A stretch of 64,000 bases of DNA from Enoplolaimus lenunculus. Taxonomy: Eukaryota. The position numbers were made by a program, and so were the translations under genes. The DNA is taken from the NCBI GenBank assembly GCA_030248215.1, contig JASANG010002509.1:496001-560000 (forward strand), written 5' to 3'. Each line of letters begins with the position of its first letter. Positions within the stretch are counted from its first letter, which is position 1. The notes under the pieces were generated by a model. That model had not been told where the DNA came from. It worked only from the letters and a program-made list of their open reading frames with translations, and ran no database searches. Positions 1-12,849 of this stretch are shown one piece after another.

Positions 1-766
1 CCAAGCCAAGTTTCACCACTGGTCACTTGTTTTAGGTTCAGGTGTACAAGCGTCTAGGAGCTCAGACCAGTTTTACACATTTATTTTGAAATCTCAGAAA
101 CCCCATTTGCGGTGTTTACACCGTTGTTCTTGTGTTTGAATGAACGGCTATCACAAGCTCGTTGTGGCACCGTTGACAAAATTATTGTGAACGACGCATA
201 ATGGCTTGTATGTGAAACGGCGGTTGCAAACATCTTTTAATTTGGTGCATTCGGTTAAAATTAATGCCCAACAACGTCGACATCTGAAAGCTTTTTTAAA
301 CATTTTTGAGCAATTCAAACCCGCAAGTTTGGGTCCATATAGCTGAAAGATTCCATTTTTAGACATCCGTAACTTTTTTGTCGTGGGTCACCAATGCTTA
401 TCTTGTTTGATATATACTCAGTAAAATAGTCATGTGATTTTCTTAGTAATTCAGGCACTATAGACTGTTAAGCATACAATATTAACGTCTTAGCATTTGT
501 TGAAGCACAAGTTGGTACATGGTTTTCAAATTTTTTAACAGAAAAACGAAAAACCCGTATCTTTCGACGATTCAGTTTTTCCGGAAATGCCAACCATGAA
601 ATAATTACACGCTACAAAACTGAACGCAAAACGCAAATGTGTTATAGCGAATGAAATGTTTTCATTAATCTTAACGGTTGGGTTTCTGAAATCTTACATA
701 AAATTTACTATTTCAATTGTTCAAGTAAATCGAATATCTCATTTGGTTTGATTTGTAACTTAATTC

Positions 767-2080
767 TTAATCCTGATCGGTACGTTTTTGCATCATTACA
801 GCAATTAAGCCAACCGCCTTTGATTTCTTCCCGGACACTGTCATACTATTGGCTGGTCCATTAGACGAGTTTCCGTTCGACCTATCAGCTGCGAGACGTA
901 CAATTTTTCGTGTGAAAAGTATCCAATCAACAAACAGCGCACATCCTGCAGTCACAATCGACGCAACAAACGTGTACACTGCCCATGCAGGGATCTGATT
1001 TCGCCGCGCTGTTCCTGACAGAAATTGGTCCATTTGGCTGCCTCCGAGGTGGTCTTGCTTGTACGCGTTCAAGGCATTGCCAATAGTCCTAATTGCGTAC
1101 AAAATCATTTCTTGATAAGATCGAGGATTAATTATGATACAATCACTGACGTAGGATTCCGTCTCGCGAAGTAACTGTTCCGGCAGTACCGAGTCCAGTC
1201 TCCGGTTCGTCGCGATCCGAAACAATGGGCCTTCGAGGATCAACTCGCCAGACCTACAGACAGCACCACCCATGACCAGAACCAACAAAACGTTTAACGA
1301 ACAATCGCTGCTTGAGTTATGACCGTCAGGTCGAGCGTGGGTTGAATTTTCACGACCCGTAAACCAACGCGAATGTAAAATTCGACCAAATTCGTCTAGA
1401 TATTTCAACGCCCGAGTAGCGTTCCATTCAAAATTATCAACAATATATCGAAGTTGAGGCAACCGATTACAGTAAGCGGTGGCACCGTTTGAAAACTGCT
1501 CTAAAGCGTTGAAATCAGGCAACGCCAGTACGGGTAGAATGACGATTCCAACTGATAAACGATAGCTCACGGGATCGTTTATCGACCCCAGAGCATTTGT
1601 TGAAGCCGACGGGGTACTGCGTGAGTGTGTCTCTGGGCCAGACAGCGTTTGTTGAACTTCGCCTACTACAGTGAATATTTCATGACGGAGCTGACTAGAG
1701 AACAAGCCAGATGCGTCACAGAGTGATACGCTTCGCTTGCGGTTACTGCGAGATTGTCCAAGATAAACAGGCGGTGAACTACAAATATCAATTGTATTTG
1801 CTCCCATATGAACAAATTCGCGACGGGGAAAATTCGTCCGGCCGGTCGGAATTTGTTGAGGGAGAGGAAAGTTACAAGGACTATAGAGTCCGTTGTTAAC
1901 AGATGGCGCTGGGTCAAATTTTCCAACGTAATAATCGGTAAACGACTTTGAAAAGGTTGCTGATTGGTGTGATTTTGATTTCGCCGGTAGCGAGTATGAC
2001 GACTGTAGTAGAAGCCAAAAAATCAGCTCAAAGAGCTCGAATAGTTTAGTTGGTGGGTCGGCATTTATTACGAGAAACAT
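767..2080 (-). CDS. Intronless type-I membrane protein with MOLO-1/TPM-like ectodomain (candidate nAChR auxiliary subunit), 437 aa
   Basis: 1314-bp ATG-to-TAA ORF with a hydrophobic N-terminus (signal peptide-like) and one C-terminal TM (IPAWAVYTFVASIVTAGCALFVDWILF). Motif order resembles the MOLO-1 family: YSPxNFPxP...C...SLCDASGLFSSQLRHEI...LSVGIVIL...FGRILHSRW...DCSLNVLLVLV...YQEMILYAI. A TTTTAG 13 nt upstream of the ATG is a possible trans-splice acceptor. Family call is by motif recall. Confidence 0.72.
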   Translation of the reverse strand: MFLVINADPPTKLFELFELIFWLLLQSSYSLPAKSKSHQSATFSKSFTDYYVGKFDPAPSVNNGLYSPCNFPLPQQIPTGRTNFPRREFVHMGANTIDICSSPPVYLGQSRSNRKRSVSLCDASGLFSSQLRHEIFTVVGEVQQTLSGPETHSRSTPSASTNALGSINDPVSYRLSVGIVILPVLALPDFNALEQFSNGATAYCNRLPQLRYIVDNFEWNATRALKYLDEFGRILHSRWFTGRENSTHARPDGHNSSSDCSLNVLLVLVMGGAVCRSGELILEGPLFRIATNRRLDSVLPEQLLRETESYVSDCIIINPRSYQEMILYAIRTIGNALNAYKQDHLGGSQMDQFLSGTARRNQIPAWAVYTFVASIVTAGCALFVDWILFTRKIVRLAADRSNGNSSNGPANSMTVSGKKSKAVGLIAVMMQKRTDQD

Positions 2081-2794
2081 TTAGAGTTTTTTACTAAAAT
2101 ACTTTGTGTAAGCTATTATAAGTGTTATATTTTGTTTGAGAACAAATATTTAAAGTTTCAGTTAATAAGCGTGCTGTAGCGATTATAAAATTTCAATTTT
2201 CCTTAACTTAAAAAAATATAGACAAACTTTTTAAGTCGGTATTAAAGTTTTGATGATAATACCATGTAATGTAAACAAAATATTTTAAATTGTAATTCAA
2301 TGAACGTATGCATTATTTTGATGCTAATATGGTTAAGAAAATGCAGTATAACTGATAAAAATAGCAGATTTCTAAGCTAATTTTGTACAGCAACATTTTC
2401 AAAACGAACAAGCATTATATTCGTGAGATTGTCGTTATACTAAATTTGGTGATTTCTCGATGCAACAGCTATGCTGTGTCACGATATATATTTGCTGATG
2501 TTTCACGTATAATTTCCAAACTGAACGCTTCTAAAAAAGCTTAAATTTTAAAAAGTATAATAGTAAAAATGTATGAATTTGGGCCAATGTAAATAACAGG
2601 GGCGGAACAGTATTATAAGCATATTTCCAAGCCGAAGCCTAAGCCTAAGCCTAAGCACAAGCCTAAGCCTAAAGAGTAAGAACGAACATATTCCTAAGTC
2701 TAAGCCTAAGCTAATGTTCCACGTAAATTTCAAAATAGAAAGCTTCTACTTAGCTTAAATTTTAAAAATATTAGTAAAAATGTAAGAATTTTTC

Positions 2795-3011
2795 GGCCAA
2801 CGTAAATAACAGGGGCGGAACTGTATTATGAGCATATTTCCAAGCCGAAGCCTAAGCCTAAGTCTAAGCCTAAGCGGAAGAATGAACATATTCCTAAGCC
2901 TAAGCCTAAGCACTAATCCTAAGCAAAGCCAAAAAATTAGTCTAAAGCATTAAGCTTAGGCTTTTCGAGTGCCACGGAAAACGTTCCGCCCCTGATCTTT
3001 TAACATGGGTC
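2795..3011. mobile_element. Telomere-repeat MITE (GGCC-terminal family)
   Basis: ggccaacgtaaataacaggggcggaac ... gttccgcccctgatctttaacatgggtc with internal (GCCTAA)n; a partial duplicate lies at ~2582-2715. Confidence 0.8.
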
Positions 3012-3351
3012 GAATTTTGAAACATATCTAAAATTGATAGTTGTTATAAGAAAATCATTTTGCGGTTTGTTTGTGGCAGTAATCCGTGTTATAATTCTGC
3101 TAACTAAAAATAAATCTTGATGAAAATTTTGATTTTATATTAATAATTCAAAAAGCAAGTGCACTATACTCTACTTGTAAGACTCTATATTGATATTCAA
3201 CGTTTTTCTTTTTGGTTTTATTAATATCAGAAATGTCACAAACTTATGGCCTGTCAATAACCAGGTATGCTTAACAAGCAACAAAAACGCATTTTTAGCT
3301 CAATAATCATCTTTGCCAGCTTTTCACTTTAAGTTAATCTGTAGAAAGACT

Positions 3352-3550
3352 GGCCTATGTAAAGATCAGGGGCGGAACGTTTTTCTGTGAGACAGCAATA
3401 GTGTAAGCGTAAGCTTTAACCTAATTTTATTGCTTAGCTTATAGGCCTAGGCTTAGGAAAATGCTCATTCTTTACGCTTAGGCTCAGGCTTAGGCTTAGG
3501 CTTAGTAATACGGTTATAATACTGTTCCGCCCATGTTCTTTACATTGGCC
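3352..3550. mobile_element. Telomere-repeat MITE
   Basis: Family TIRs; TSD gaaagact/gaaagatt (7/8). Confidence 0.85.
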
Positions 3551-3703
3551 GAAAGATTTAAAGAAATCAAATATGAATAAGTAGGCTTTTTGACAAATAT
3601 TTTACTGTAACCAGCGTCAGGTCAAAGAAGCAACTTTAAAATTGCACCATGAATAATGCAATGATCGAAACTGCGTTATTTTTAAGCTTGTTTTTGTATC
3701 TTT

Positions 3704-3905
3704 GGCTCATGTAAAGATCATGGGCGGATAGTTTCTCTGTGGGACTAGTAAAGAATAAGCGTAAGCTTTAGACTGGTTTTTTGCTTGGCTTAGGCTTAGG
3801 CTTAGGCTTAGGAATATGCTCATGCTTACGGTTAGGTTTAGGTTTAGGCTTAGACTTAGGAATGTGCTTATAATACTGTTCCGTTCATGTTAGATTATAT
3901 TGGCC
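3704..3905. mobile_element. Telomere-repeat MITE
   Basis: Family TIRs and internal TTAGGC tracts. Confidence 0.8.
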
Positions 3906-4172
3906 GAAACTTTTATTGACTAAATATATATTATAGGTTATTGCTGACAAACAACTTTACCTCTTGACGCTAGGAAAAACGGTAAAAATGCGGCGACAAA
4001 CAGGAAACTGCGCTGGTTTCCGAAACTACTCGCTATAAATGTATCACTGGACTCATAAATCCTATTCAACGGTTTAACGTACGATTCCATAAGTGCAATC
4101 ATAAAATCTATGATAGTATTCTGAAATGTGTGTAGCACCTATCATCAATTGGCGATAGGTCTTGGAACTTTC

Positions 4173-4320
4173 GGCCAATGTAAAGAACAGAGACGGAACA
4201 GTATTATAAGCATATTCCTAAGCATAGGCCTAAGCCAAGCAAAAAAATTCGACTAAAGCTTAAGCTTACTCTATTCTGGTCCCACAGAAAAACGTTCCGC
4301 CCGGGATCTTTACATGTGCC
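4173..4320. mobile_element. Telomere-repeat MITE, short copy
   Basis: Perfect 8-bp TSD gaactttc (4165-4172 / 4321-4328). Confidence 0.9.
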
Positions 4321-5302
4321 GAACTTTCGAATCACTGAACGGAAAGCTTACGTATTCATCATAGCTTTCACGTTTTATTTACCTTATTCCTGTGCAAAAT
4401 TTGACATTTGCAACCGCAACAGTTTGTTAGTTTGAAACCTATTACCAACTGGTGATAGATGCTATACACGATTGAAAATATGCGCCCTAATCGACAGCCT
4501 AACACTTGCACTGTCTATCTGCCATGGATGTAAATAAAGCACCAAGTTTGAACTAAAAATCAAATTTCAACTGAAGAACTCGGCTAAATTATTGTTTATT
4601 TTGAATCGCTAATTAATTTGTCCAATCAAATTTCTGTCTAAAAAATATATCCAATAGGAGCACAGTTTGTGCTCAAATTAATGACCAAAATCCAACAAAC
4701 GAAAACCAAACGAAAATATGTTGTCAGAGGCGGTGAAAAACAAACCTAAAACATTCTCAAGCCATCGCCGACTGATAATAAAACAATAATATATATATTT
4801 TGACGTCACTGAGAATCGAACGTCGGTCGAAACATAAAGACTCAAAGTTGTAATGTTCATTAAATTCAGATCCGACAAATCTCACGAGGCTTGTGTGCTC
4901 CAAATGAGACAACAGTGTTTACGTTGTTTTCGCCTTGTTTAGGCCTGTCATGTGGACTCGCACTGACGGATCCAAAGTATAGAGCCGCTTCAGGGGGTGG
5001 GCTACCAACAGGAATCAAGACAAAAATTTTGTGTTACCACTAGTAGTGTTTGGCTTCTTACTCGCTTCGCTTGCGAGCTTTTTCACTGACATATATCTCC
5101 CGTAGCCTCATCAGAAGCTTATGATCTCGCTACTATGTATGAGGACTTATTTCGTTCTATGGTTTGCAACACGCGTGTCTCGAATTTTAAATTTTAACTG
5201 CAAGGATGTTAATAGTTTAGTCCAATGCAATCATTGTATATATATATATATATAATATATATATTTATATATATAAATATATATATATATTTATATATAT
5301 AT

Positions 5303-5587
5303 CAAGGTGCAACGGGAATTATAAAATACCGGAACCGGAGTAGGTGGAAACCTATGGTAAACTGTGGAGCATGGTACAAATTGAATATTTTGGCAAAACA
5401 GGTTTGGACAATTTTAGAAAAATAAGTCAGAATAATATGACAAATTTTTAAATTTTTGAATGAGAAAGGTTTTTAATACCTAAAATACTGGAAAATTCCG
5501 GTGAAAAAATAACCGAATTATTACCAGAACCGGATAGTGAAAAACACCACATTTCCTTGTCGGAAGCGAAGTTCCGGTTGCACTCTG
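5303..5587. mobile_element. hAT-like MITE inserted in an (AT)n tract
   Basis: caaggtgcaacggg...ccggttgcactctg; flanks atatatat/atatatac. Confidence 0.72.
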
Positions 5588-6089
5588 ATATATACACACA
5601 CTGCTAAATCGTTGTATAATTTAGCTTGCTAACTACTCACATTAAAACCGCTAAGACACGAGTCCTTAAATGCTAAAGAATTGTCAGAAAAATGTTTTGT
5701 CAGCGAACGCTCAGCTCACATTACATTAAAACTGAGAAGGTATAATCGGCATCAAAAACACACTCGACAATTTACCTACGTATCAGTCTGGCTTGGGCGT
5801 AGCCAGGGATTTATTCAGGAAAGGTATAAAGCGTTGTGTAATATATTTTAGGTATCCTGATGGATATTCTAAAACCTGCTTTAAAAGCAATCTATTGGCT
5901 GTCTAGAAATTTTGAGGAGAAAATATATTCCCTTTACGTCTTCGGTTGTATACGTTCCTGTTGTCTGGCTACTGATTGTACTATTTTTCATTACACTTTT
6001 GTGTGTTTGCTGTAGGCAGCTAATTTCCGTTGTCTAAAAGTCACAATATATTTTACGGATACTCAAAGCTTTAGCAAATGATACAATTC

Positions 6090-6280
6090 GGCCCATGTAA
6101 AGATCAGGGGCGGAACGTTTTTCTGTGGGTCTAGAAAAAATGTAAGTTTAAAGCTTTAGACGACTAATTTTTTTTGCTTGGCTTAGGCTAAAGGTTAGGA
6201 ATAAACTCATTCTTATGCTTAGGCTTAGGCTTAGGAATATGCTTATATTACTGTTCCGCACTGTTTTTTTTACGTTGGCC
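6090..6280. mobile_element. Telomere-repeat MITE
   Basis: ggcccatgtaaagatcaggggcggaac ... tacgttggcc. Confidence 0.82.
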
Positions 6281-7658
6281 GCTATATAAACATTTTTTAT
6301 CTCTAATTTGCAACCCTTTGTGATAATTGTCCTGTGAAGACTATTTTGACGGCATATGCCACTCACCGAGACGAAGTGAAATGAGCTAACTCAACTTTAA
6401 TTGACTCAAAAAAGTATCGAAATAAAGTTTACGCCTTAACTAAGACATGCACAGCTTAGAATAAATCTATTCGCAGCAAAACTGTTTTTATTGTCCATGC
6501 CAGGCAATACGAGACTGTAAAAAACTGTACGCTAAGTCTTTTCGGCATTAATTTGATCAATTAGAGTTTCCCCTTCAGAATACAATCGGGGGTCTGCCTC
6601 CAGCTCCGGCATAAAATCGACCTCCGGCTCCGCCTCCGGTAGAATTTTTGCCTGGAGGTTTCGGCAATTTCGGCAGTGACATTTTGCATAATTTTACAAA
6701 ATTTATCTGTTTGGCGCGTTTCGTTTTAACTTTTGGCACCAAATTGAGGACAAAAGTGCATTGGTAGCCGATGCAGTGGCTTGGTTTGGTATTAGGATAT
6801 ACAAATCTGGGTACAACAGGAGATCTGGCTCCGGCTCCGTCTCCGGCAGAAAATCGGCCTTCGGCTCCGGCTCCGGCTCCGTTAGAATTTTTGCCGGAGA
6901 TGCCAGCAATTTCGGTAGTAAAATTTTGCATACTTTTGCAAAATCTATCTGTTTAGCGCGTTTCGTTTTACTTTTTTCACAATATTTAGGAAAGAATTAA
7001 CGAAATTTCGCAAAAAATTAGCGCGTAAAAACCAAACAACTTAACAACATATTGCAGATATTCGGCTAAAATCAACTAATTAACCATCATTTTCACAACC
7101 TAATTTCGCGTTAAATTTTGATTTTGAAAAATTACTATTTTTTTGATTTATTTTGACACTTTGAGAAATACGCAAATATATGTAATATTGACACCAATGT
7201 TTATGACAACCAACACTGTATCGACCATATCGTTCTGATCCAAATTATCTGACAGTTCAAGAGAATCGACATCAAAATTTGTACAATCACCCGTGAACGC
7301 TACGTACAGGCTCTAGGGATTTCTGGCGAAATTTAGTTTCGCAGCCAAATACAATACGGCAAGTAAAAAATAATTTATTAAATAAAAACAGCCATCGTAG
7401 ATGCAAGCGAGTAATAAAATTATACAAAAAGTAACTTTAGGTATTTTTATATATTGGTTTTGCCAAAATTGCCGACCATCGCTGTATGCTCAAAGTTCAA
7501 TTATTTATTAACTCAGGTTCCATATTTAAGCTTGGTTTCACTGTTCGAATGTGTTGTCAAGTTGCACATGAGAGCTTAAGGTGGTTTTTTAAAGATAAGT
7601 AAATTACGATAAAATACTTCAATATAATTCACGCTAAACTGAAGCATAAGCTTAGTCC

Positions 7659-7860
7659 GACCAATGTAAACAACAGGGACGGAACAGTATTATAACCATA
7701 TTGTTAAGCCTAAGACTAAGCATAATCCTAAGCGTAAGAATGAGTATATTCCTAAGCCTAAGCCTAAACCTAAGCCAAGCTAAAAATTAGTCTAAAGCTT
7801 AATCTTTACTCTATTGTAATCCCGCAGAAAAACGTTCCGCTCCTGATATTTACATGGGCC
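7659..7860. mobile_element. Telomere-repeat MITE
   Basis: Family TIRs; degenerate TSD cttagtcc/cttggtca. Confidence 0.8.
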
Positions 7861-8411
7861 CTTGGTCATATAGTTAGTCGGTACTGTGGTAATTCAAAAA
7901 ATAGCGTGGAAGAAGTAACAAGTGTTGCAACTATACGGTATGTACGACCCCTGTTGGAAGTTTTGGCCAAAGTTAAGAGCCATACCGGGAATCGAACTTC
8001 GATCCTCTTGCACTCGAGTCAAGTGTGTTACCACTATACTGGGATCGTACTGGATCCGTGAATCCGTTAAGGTGGAAATCGTTTTGGGGGTTCCCGAAGG
8101 ACGATCAGTTTTAACGCATCCGGTTGTAAACCACTACTTTATAGCTTTTCTGAGCCATAACGGAGTCTTTGACTGAGAGATCCAAGTATGTGACAGCCTG
8201 GGGTAGCAATCCATAGGCATGAAATTTCGTGGTTTCATATTTGAGATCTAAGAGTCCAAGCGAAGAGCAGCAGCCGTTTAAAAAGAATGAAAAGTGTTGG
8301 ATCAAACATAGTTTAGATAATTTTGGACCTGTTACAGTGTTTGCTGGCTCTTGCTGAGTTAAATGGAGCTGATAGCAATATTTGTAAATGGAAATCTTTA
8401 AATTTTGAATC

Positions 8412-8483
8412 TAACCATGCTGGGAATCGAACTTCGGTCCACTTGCACTCGAGTCACGCATGTTACCACTACACCATGTGGTC
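8412..8483 (-). pseudogene. tRNA-derived sequence (pseudo-tRNA or SINE head); second copy at ~7977-8045
   Basis: Minus strand GACCACATGGTGTAGTGGTAAC...GTTCGATTCCCAGCATGGTTA has A- and B-boxes but poor stem pairing. Confidence 0.6.
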
Positions 8484-10877
8484 TTGCAACAATTTCATAT
8501 TCCGGTTATGTGCACATCTATGGCAATTTTTTTAGTTTACATACATTCAAAATAATATTTCTGAGATTTAAGAAAAAATTTCTTACATTTAAGAAATACA
8601 ATTAACGAGGTGCACTTGAAAAGTATTTCTGTTATAACAGAAAAGATTTCAGAAAAGTTTTGAAATAAAGTCTGAAAATAAACGTTTTCCAGTTATTGTT
8701 TGCAAAATTGTCTTAAATTTCAGAAAAACTTGTCAGATTTGCCACAGAAAATACTTTTCTGACTAAATTCAGAAATACTTTTTTGCGTGTACACTTTACC
8801 GCGCATATATACTGACAACCAGAGTGCGACATTAAAAAAGCGGGTCTGAATCAACAGGAGTCTAAAGAGTCCAAAAACGTTAATTACAATAATTCAATTA
8901 CACAACTGCTTCATGGATCAACTAAATGAAGTTTAGCACGAAATTCATTGCTCAAAGTACGCGTTACCTATGTTCATAGCAGTATATTCAAGAATTAAAA
9001 CCATATTGCTAAAACAACGTAGTTAAATATGCTTGAGGTTCTGAGCAAACATTTTTTTCGTTTGGCCGAATTTGTCAAAACTGCCAACTCGCTCGCAGTG
9101 TTCGCGTCGTACTCTTAGAAGAAACGCTTTGAAAACACCACAACTCCTCCGATTGAACGCTTATGTGTTCACCCTTTCAGCTCCAACTTAACAAAAAGTA
9201 TATTATCTCAACAAATTATTTACGATCCGATTCTGTTCTACATCGCTTTTTGACGCTGAAATCGACCTACTCAAAGGTAGAGTTATGGCTATTTGTGGTT
9301 TCAAAGTATACTCACTGGTGTAAAACTTGTGATAAATGATAAGAATGCAACATTATCGCGTGAAAGGTGTCAACTGAACAGCTGTTTTAGAAATTTCTAC
9401 ACGGGAGATGTGCTAGATTGAACTGGTTATAGTGCGCAGTGAAACGAACCAGAAGCCAAACGCAATTTTAGCGCGGAGTACTAACTTTTAAACTCATAAC
9501 CTTTAAATTGGTTTAGAAATCTGTTAGTCGCCTAGGACTGGTTAGCCTCTTTTTAGATACCCTTGTGAAACTTCTATTCTGAGTTTTGATGCAGAGCGGA
9601 AACGTAATGAAAAAGTTGTTAGCTTTTCACGTTCTGCACACACATATATATACATATCCTGGAGTGACTCGAATAAGAGGGCAGGGACTGATATTTACTT
9701 TTCCTTTATCGGGTGTACCCCCTGGTATTCTGTTGCGGACAATTATTTGTTTTAATTCACCCCATTAGCACCCCACGTCCTTCTTTTTATATTAATTGTT
9801 GTGTGTTACATATTTAAGCAGTCTAAGCCATTCTTGTAGCTCTTCAAACTAACGAACTGCTGCAATTGCAGATCTCAAAATTTTCACATAAATCGAATAA
9901 AAATCGAATGTAATAAAAATGTGCTGAATTTCACACGTCACCATTTCCTGGTTCGACAGTTACAAGGCCTATCTCGAACTGATGATAGGTGCTACACACA
10001 TTTGAGCATACGGGCTCTAGATGCTAAATTCAAAGCCTATTTTCTGTTTTCAACATTGTAATTTTCGACGTTTCAAAAGTTCCTCAGCTCAATGCAATGT
10101 TTTAGTGTCTACGGTCCGATTTAAATCCTCGTGTCAAATTCGTCGGCGTAGTTTTTATAAAACAAGTTTTGGCATTTTCATTTTGCATTTCAATTGCAGT
10201 CATGATAATCACTAAGCGAAATGGTGTGTAACTCCTCTTGTAAACTTATTAATAATTGTCTGGGGGGTACAAAGCAACGATTCTTCGCTTGAGAGCTTTG
10301 TTCTCTGATTATTATCGCACAGGGCCCGGTGTAAAAAATTTTACATCACAATTATTTGTACAAAAAACAAGCCGACTTTGAGCTTTGAACGTTTAATACA
10401 AACGGAAAACTATTAATGAGATCAGCAAAATCATTTTTGTATTCTAGGACTGTAAAATGCCAAAGTTGTCTAAAGGCAAATTTTAAAAATGTTTAACAAT
10501 TTAGCACTACAGAAGACATTGTACTTTGAACAGATGAAAAATGACTATAAAACAACCCCATGTCATATAGAAATAAAGATAATTAGACTATACTGAAGAA
10601 TAAAGCACCAAAGATATTCACAATTTAAAAGGTCGGTCTATTGAATAATTTCAAGAGATATACTACAAGCCTCAGCGTAAGCGTAAGCCTATTAACCGAA
10701 ACGTCAAGTAAATAGTGCATAATGAGTTATATTCCTAAATCGTAAACGCTTTACTTTGTAACAATGTTAAACCACAACTAAATTGTTAATGAACTCATTT
10801 AAAATACTCACTGTTTTGGTGTTACAAATAGTAAAATGTCCTAAAATTTAGAAAAAATATTTGTTCGTGCAAAATTA

Positions 10878-11349
10878 GGCCCATGTAAAGATCAGGGGCG
10901 GAACGTTTTTCTGTGTGACTGCAATAGAATAAGCTTAAGCGTTATACTATTTTTTGCTTCGGTTAGGCTTAGGCTTAGGCTTAGGAATATGCTCATTCTA
11001 ACGCTTAGGCTTAAGCTTTGGCTTAGGCTTAGGAATATGTTCATTCTTACGCTTAGGCTTTGGCTAAGGCTTAGGAATATGTTCGTTCTTACGCTTACGC
11101 TTAGGCTTTGGCTAAGGCTTAGGAATATGTTCGTTCTTACGCTTAGGCTTAGGCTTTGGCTTACGCTTAGGAATATGTTCATTCTTACGCTTAGGCTTTG
11201 GCTAAGGCTTAGGAATATGTTCGTTCTTACGCTTAGGCTTAGGCTTTGGCTTAGGCTTAGGAATATGTTCATTCTTACGATTAGGCTTAGGCTTAGGCTT
11301 GGGAATATGCCTATATAATACTGTTTCGGCACTGTTCGTCACATTAGCC
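10878..11349. mobile_element. Telomere-repeat MITE with internally expanded array
   Basis: TSD caaaatta/caaaagta; ~7 internal units of (TTAGGC)n-AATATGTTC(A/G)TTCTTACGC. Confidence 0.88.
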
Positions 11350-11741
11350 CAAAAGTAAATGTCACTATATAAAATGAACTGGTCGATCGAGGCAAAATTT
11401 ACTTGAAAGCGACAGTCAACGCAAGTTTAATGCAAGATAGAATATATCAATATATCAGTAAACATTCTTTGTTAAAATTTTCCGAAGGCTTCAAGAATAA
11501 CCACCACCAGCTGATTTCTGGGTTGAAAAAACTTGCATCGATTTTGGAATTCAGTTGAAAATTTAAACCATACAAAGCCTAAAAATAGCAAAAAAGTATA
11601 TTTTTTGCGTGACTTTCGCATCTTTTAACTTTTATATAAAAACAAAAACTGTTAGAAATGTGTTTATTTTGTATGGCCTTTCATATGATTGAAAATATAG
11701 CAGCAGTATAGTAAGTTGCAAGCAAACTGCTGACAACTATG

Positions 11742-11946
11742 AGCCCATGTAAAAATCAGGAGCGGAACGTTTTTCTGTGGGACTGTAATGAGAGTAAGCT
11801 TAAGCTGTAGACTAATTATTTTGCCTGGCTTTGGACTTAGGTTTAGGTTTTGGAATATGCTCATTCTTGCGCTTAGGCTTAGGCTTAGGCTTAGGCTTAG
11901 GAATATGCTTATAACACTGTTCCGCACCTGTTCTTCACATTAACCC
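11742..11946. mobile_element. Telomere-repeat MITE
   Basis: Family TIRs and internal TTAGGC. Confidence 0.78.
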
Positions 11947-12423
11947 CTAACTTTGTTATGCTTTTAGTATCAGCAGGTCTAACGGGACAACCTGATCATA
12001 CTCCAAAACAAGAAAAACCAACACTAAAATGTTTGTATCTAAGATTTAGTCCTACGATTGCAGTTGGTGTTCGAATCACTAAAGTTTTTTGTTAAATTAG
12101 GCTCAGCTTCCGGTTGTTGAATACTATCAAAGGTTTTTACTCAATCACAAAGCTGTATGTTCAGCAAAAAGGTGTCTCACATGATTGATTCCGTTGTCGT
12201 AAATAACAGAATATTAAGTGAAATTATAGACACAATGCCTAGTGAAATTATAGCGATGTCTGAGTCAATTTTTTGCAGTTCCGTTGCCAAAATTTAAAAA
12301 TCAATGAACAATTGACTGCTAATGATAGCTGTACTCGCAAGGGTTTAGCAATATTTATCTGTGTGCATGGGCATAAGTAGCAAAGATTTTGGTTTGGGAA
12401 GAACCGTACCAATTACCTATGTA

Positions 12424-12849
12424 CTGTATTGACCCGAATAAGACGGGGTAATAAGAGGGGGTCCGCATTTTGAGTCCGAATCAATTGGAGTTCGTAAGCG
12501 GATAGATTCCCTAAACGCTAATTAGTGTCCATAAATGTCAATTAATCGTAATTGTAGCGCATAAATGACTCCAAGCCCAAATAAAGTTCAGTTCGAAACT
12601 ATAAAGCGTACTTAAATTTTGAAAGTACATTCCTAAGTATAACCTTGTATTATCGCTCAAGCTATTGACACAAGACAAATAAACATTTAATTCAACGGAT
12701 AATTGCAGTACCGGATATATATCAGTAACGAACGGCGGCTGAGCGTTTTTTAAAAATAAATCACAGTCCGTAACCGAATAACAAGGGGGGGTACCCTCTG
12801 GAGAGGCCAAATAAATATCAGTCCCCCACACATATTCGGGGCACTACAG
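12424..12849. mobile_element. Tc1/mariner-like MITE (TA-CTGTA ends)
   Basis: ta-ctgtattgacccgaata ... tattcggggcactacag-ta; homologous segments at ~17910-18165 and ~44200-44510. Confidence 0.68.

Noticed and set aside
6575..7000. Gly/Ala- and Pro/Glu-rich overlapping ORFs
   Set aside because: Derived from CCGGAG/CCGGCT subterminal repeats of the hAT-like MITE family.
10892..11332. ORFs rich in LSLSLS / LRLRLR / LGLGLG (also at 2548, 16152, 19395-19870, 39601)
   Set aside because: These are translations of TTAGGC repeats in MITEs or the telomeric tract, not genes.
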